NCBI GenBank assembly: GCA_002633005.1
Contig: NMRA01000460.1
Location: 58,672-112,738 of the forward strand
From: Phoronis australis
Taxonomy: Eukaryota > Animalia > Phoronida
Reading direction: 5' to 3'
Length of the DNA stretch: 54,067 nucleotides
A model generated the notes under the pieces. That model ran no database searches, had not been told where the DNA came from, and saw nothing but the letters and a program-made list of their open reading frames with translations. The translations under genes and the position numbers were made by a program. Below, piece after piece: positions 51,767 through 54,067 of this stretch; position 1 is the stretch's first letter; each line of letters opens with the position of its first letter.

Positions 51767-52848
51767 CTGGAATATAAAAAAACATGAAAAAATAGATTAG
51801 TTTTGTGGTTTGGCACATCTCAGGTTGGATTGCATATATGCCTATAAAACTTTAAATACAACAACATCTCAAAGTAAAAAATAACCAGCTTCAAACTGGA
51901 CTAAATTACAGAAAAAAATCACAATCTATATTATAGGCAATTCCGTATGAACTAGTTGGTGCTAATAAGCAAATGCCTGCAGAAAGCTGTTTATCAATAC
52001 GGGGACGCTTGTTAGTCAATGGTCCCATGTGACTACTTGAACACATATATTTGCACAGAAAAGACTGAATATACTTAGGTAGTACCATTTCACCACAGAG
52101 GACACTACATTGTAAATTTGACACGGAATTGTTTCCAACTGTGTGTTGTTTAAGTATAGTCGATGGCAATAGTCACTTAAAGGGGTCCCGGATTTTGAGA
52201 ACCAGTTTTTCAGTGAAGAAAACTGGTTCTCAAAATGCAGAACCCTCGTCAGTGGCTATTGCCAAAGCGATGATCAAGGTATGTAGTCTAACATTAATGT
52301 TTCAGGTGTTTGGTACAATGGAACATGGCCCCATCAAATAATAAAGAGGAAATCAAAACCAAAAAACAGGAAAAATCCTCATTAAAAGAGCTAAATTCCA
52401 AGCTCTGAGAAATCATCCAGAAACGCTCTCACACAACGTGACTTAGATGTTTTAGTCAGTGTGAGGCATAATTTGCCGAAAAGCTTCCGGCATATGAAGC
52501 TCTTATAGGATCTAGTCGGCTAGAGATGGTGGTCACTGTCTATCGTTTGCCTAGGCAATGACCATCGCCTCTGTTGGCCCGAAGCCTTGCTTGTTCACCA
52601 CTTTTGACTTTGAAACTCGTAGGCGCTAAACAGGCGTGTTGGTCTACGATCGCAACATGTTAAGCCAATCCCATGAATAGCGACGAGCTCAGGTCATTTG
52701 GTGACGGCGCCGTCAAGCCTTTTATGTGCCGAGGATTTTGTCTGGGGTACACAGTGCACGCTTCTTCGTTCACTTAGGCCTTATACTAGCCCTAAGCTAA
52801 TGTGGTTATCATCAAGTTATTGTCCAAACGACTGTCTTAACAACTCAC

Positions 52849-52920
52849 GTAAGTAACGTAGCAAAGCACCAATCCCAGTGCATATTTAAGAAGTCTCACG
52901 ACCATCCCATAGCCTGCCAT
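52849..52920 (-). CDS. FUT10: FUT10/11-like first coding exon (type II signal anchor)
   Basis: MAGYGMVVRLLKYALGLVLCYVTY|GTGAGT, phase 0, continuing as CIISYSL in the next exon; candidate acceptor ttttCAG at 52949-52951. Confidence 0.78.
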
Positions 52921-53394
52921 CGAAAACACCAACTCATTTGTTGTGCTGCTGAAAAGTAATGATTTATCGCCAGGTCATGACTCCCAGATCCCCTTTGTAG
53001 ACGTAGCAAAGACAAAAATCTAGGCCTACAATACTTTACCACGGGTACCAGAGTTGTAGGTCAACTAGGGGGGACGAGAACCGGTGACTGGACAGCCTGG
53101 TACCCAAGCCTTAAGATGGCGCTGACCGCGCTGACCCGTTTTAACCAGAGTAGAAGTAGAAGTCTCGCATCAAGACCATTACCTTGTTCTAGTCAGTATT
53201 TTCAACAAAAATCAATGGAAAATTTGAATAAATATTGTTTATTATTAACTTCTTTAAAAAATCATTTCTTATAAGCGCTGTTGAAACCAAGTCTCGAAGA
53301 TTCCCGTGTGGACGAGACCTTCTCCATCTTGGGTTTTCGTGAGTGCGAAGCTGCGCGTTACACTCTGCTTTAAAAAGCTTTTGCAGGCAGTGAC
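52921..53394. promoter_or_regulatory. Compact bidirectional promoter / 5' UTR region between FUT10-like and ATP5PD
   Basis: Divergent ATGs 474 bp apart; CpG-retaining; YY1-like AAGATGGCG (+, 53113-53121) and AAGATGG (-, 53324-53330); minus-strand donor AAG|GTAATG at 53183/53182. Confidence 0.6.
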
Positions 53395-53516
53395 ATGGCA
53401 GCGAGAAGGGTTGCCAAGACGGCAATTGACTGGGCAGCTTTTGGAGAGCGAGTTCCAGCTGCTCAAAAAGAGTTTTTACGAGCATTTAAGCACAAACACG
53501 ATACATTTCTGAACAA
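53395..53516 (+). CDS. ATP5PD: Mitochondrial ATP synthase subunit d, first coding exon (gene continues beyond right edge)
   Basis: MAARRVAKTAIDWAAFGERVPAAQKEFLRAFKHKHDTFLN then AA|GTAAGT; the MAARR..IDW..F.ERVP..Q N-terminus is characteristic. Not in the ORF track. Confidence 0.92.
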
Positions 53517-54067
53517 GTAAGTATACTGGGGAACCCAATGGTAGCGAGGACAACATACGTCACCAAATCGCTTCGCGTATCTGTCACCGTGTAAAATTTG
53601 CACATTACAATCGGCAAAAAATCACTCAAAAATGCAATAAATGTGAATAAAAATTAATTCAAAGTATGAAATAATACGTTATTTTACTTAAATGTTAGTC
53701 TTTTTTCGTCGCAAAATCCGTTTAATAATACTTTGCACGAGTTTTTTGCAGCAACGTGACCGACATTTCAAAGCAAAATGGTCGCCGGTAAAAACAACTG
53801 GTATTTGATTTTCAACTCAGGAGAAGACTAAACTCTCGAATTTTGGCGTGAAACTTCGTGAACTTGTAGAGGAAACCCTTGCGCACGTTATTACGTAAGT
53901 ATTTTTCACTTTCGTCGTCTTAAAAGTTGAAAAAGTTGCCAGTTCCCGCGACCTTCAACTTTGACCTGAATTAATTGGTACATTTCCTAATTTGCGCACA
54001 TAATGAATCGTATTGCGCACTAAAGGGTTCATCAATGAACTATTTCAAACACTTGTTGCAAACGGGC

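Noticed and set aside
53189-53512. Three listed ORFs near the right end
   Set aside because: Wrong frame or antisense to the real ATP5PD exon at 53395-53516.

Overview
AT-rich, intron-rich animal genomic DNA, probably a marine invertebrate; the species cannot be determined from sequence alone. Four spliced genes can be reconstructed by hand from splice sites and reading frame. (1) The 5' part of a KIAA0319/KIAA0319L-family gene on the minus strand (signal peptide, MANEC domain, Cys-rich module, Thr-rich stalk, first PKD repeat), running off the left edge. (2) A complete two-coding-exon PTRHD1 on the plus strand with a GC-AG intron, head-to-head with gene 1. (3) A FUT10/FUT11-family (GT10; POFUT3/4) fucosyltransferase on the minus strand. 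Its four shared 5' coding exons (297 aa) are followed by three intact, diverged, phase-0 copies of the terminal exon (44562-45125, 36094-36642, 30186-30737), predicting three alternative C-terminal regions from one gene. This is the main finding. (4) The first coding exon of ATP synthase subunit d (ATP5PD), head-to-head with the FUT gene. Non-coding DNA holds a Kolobok-like TTAA-flanked element with a dead THAP domain, several MITEs, tRNA-derived repeats, minisatellites, and Helentron-like elements whose ~140-bp monomers form an A-B-C higher-order repeat and mostly carry a co-oriented CTCF-like motif. Most ORFs in the supplied track are spurious. All homology calls come from recalled family motifs, not database searches.
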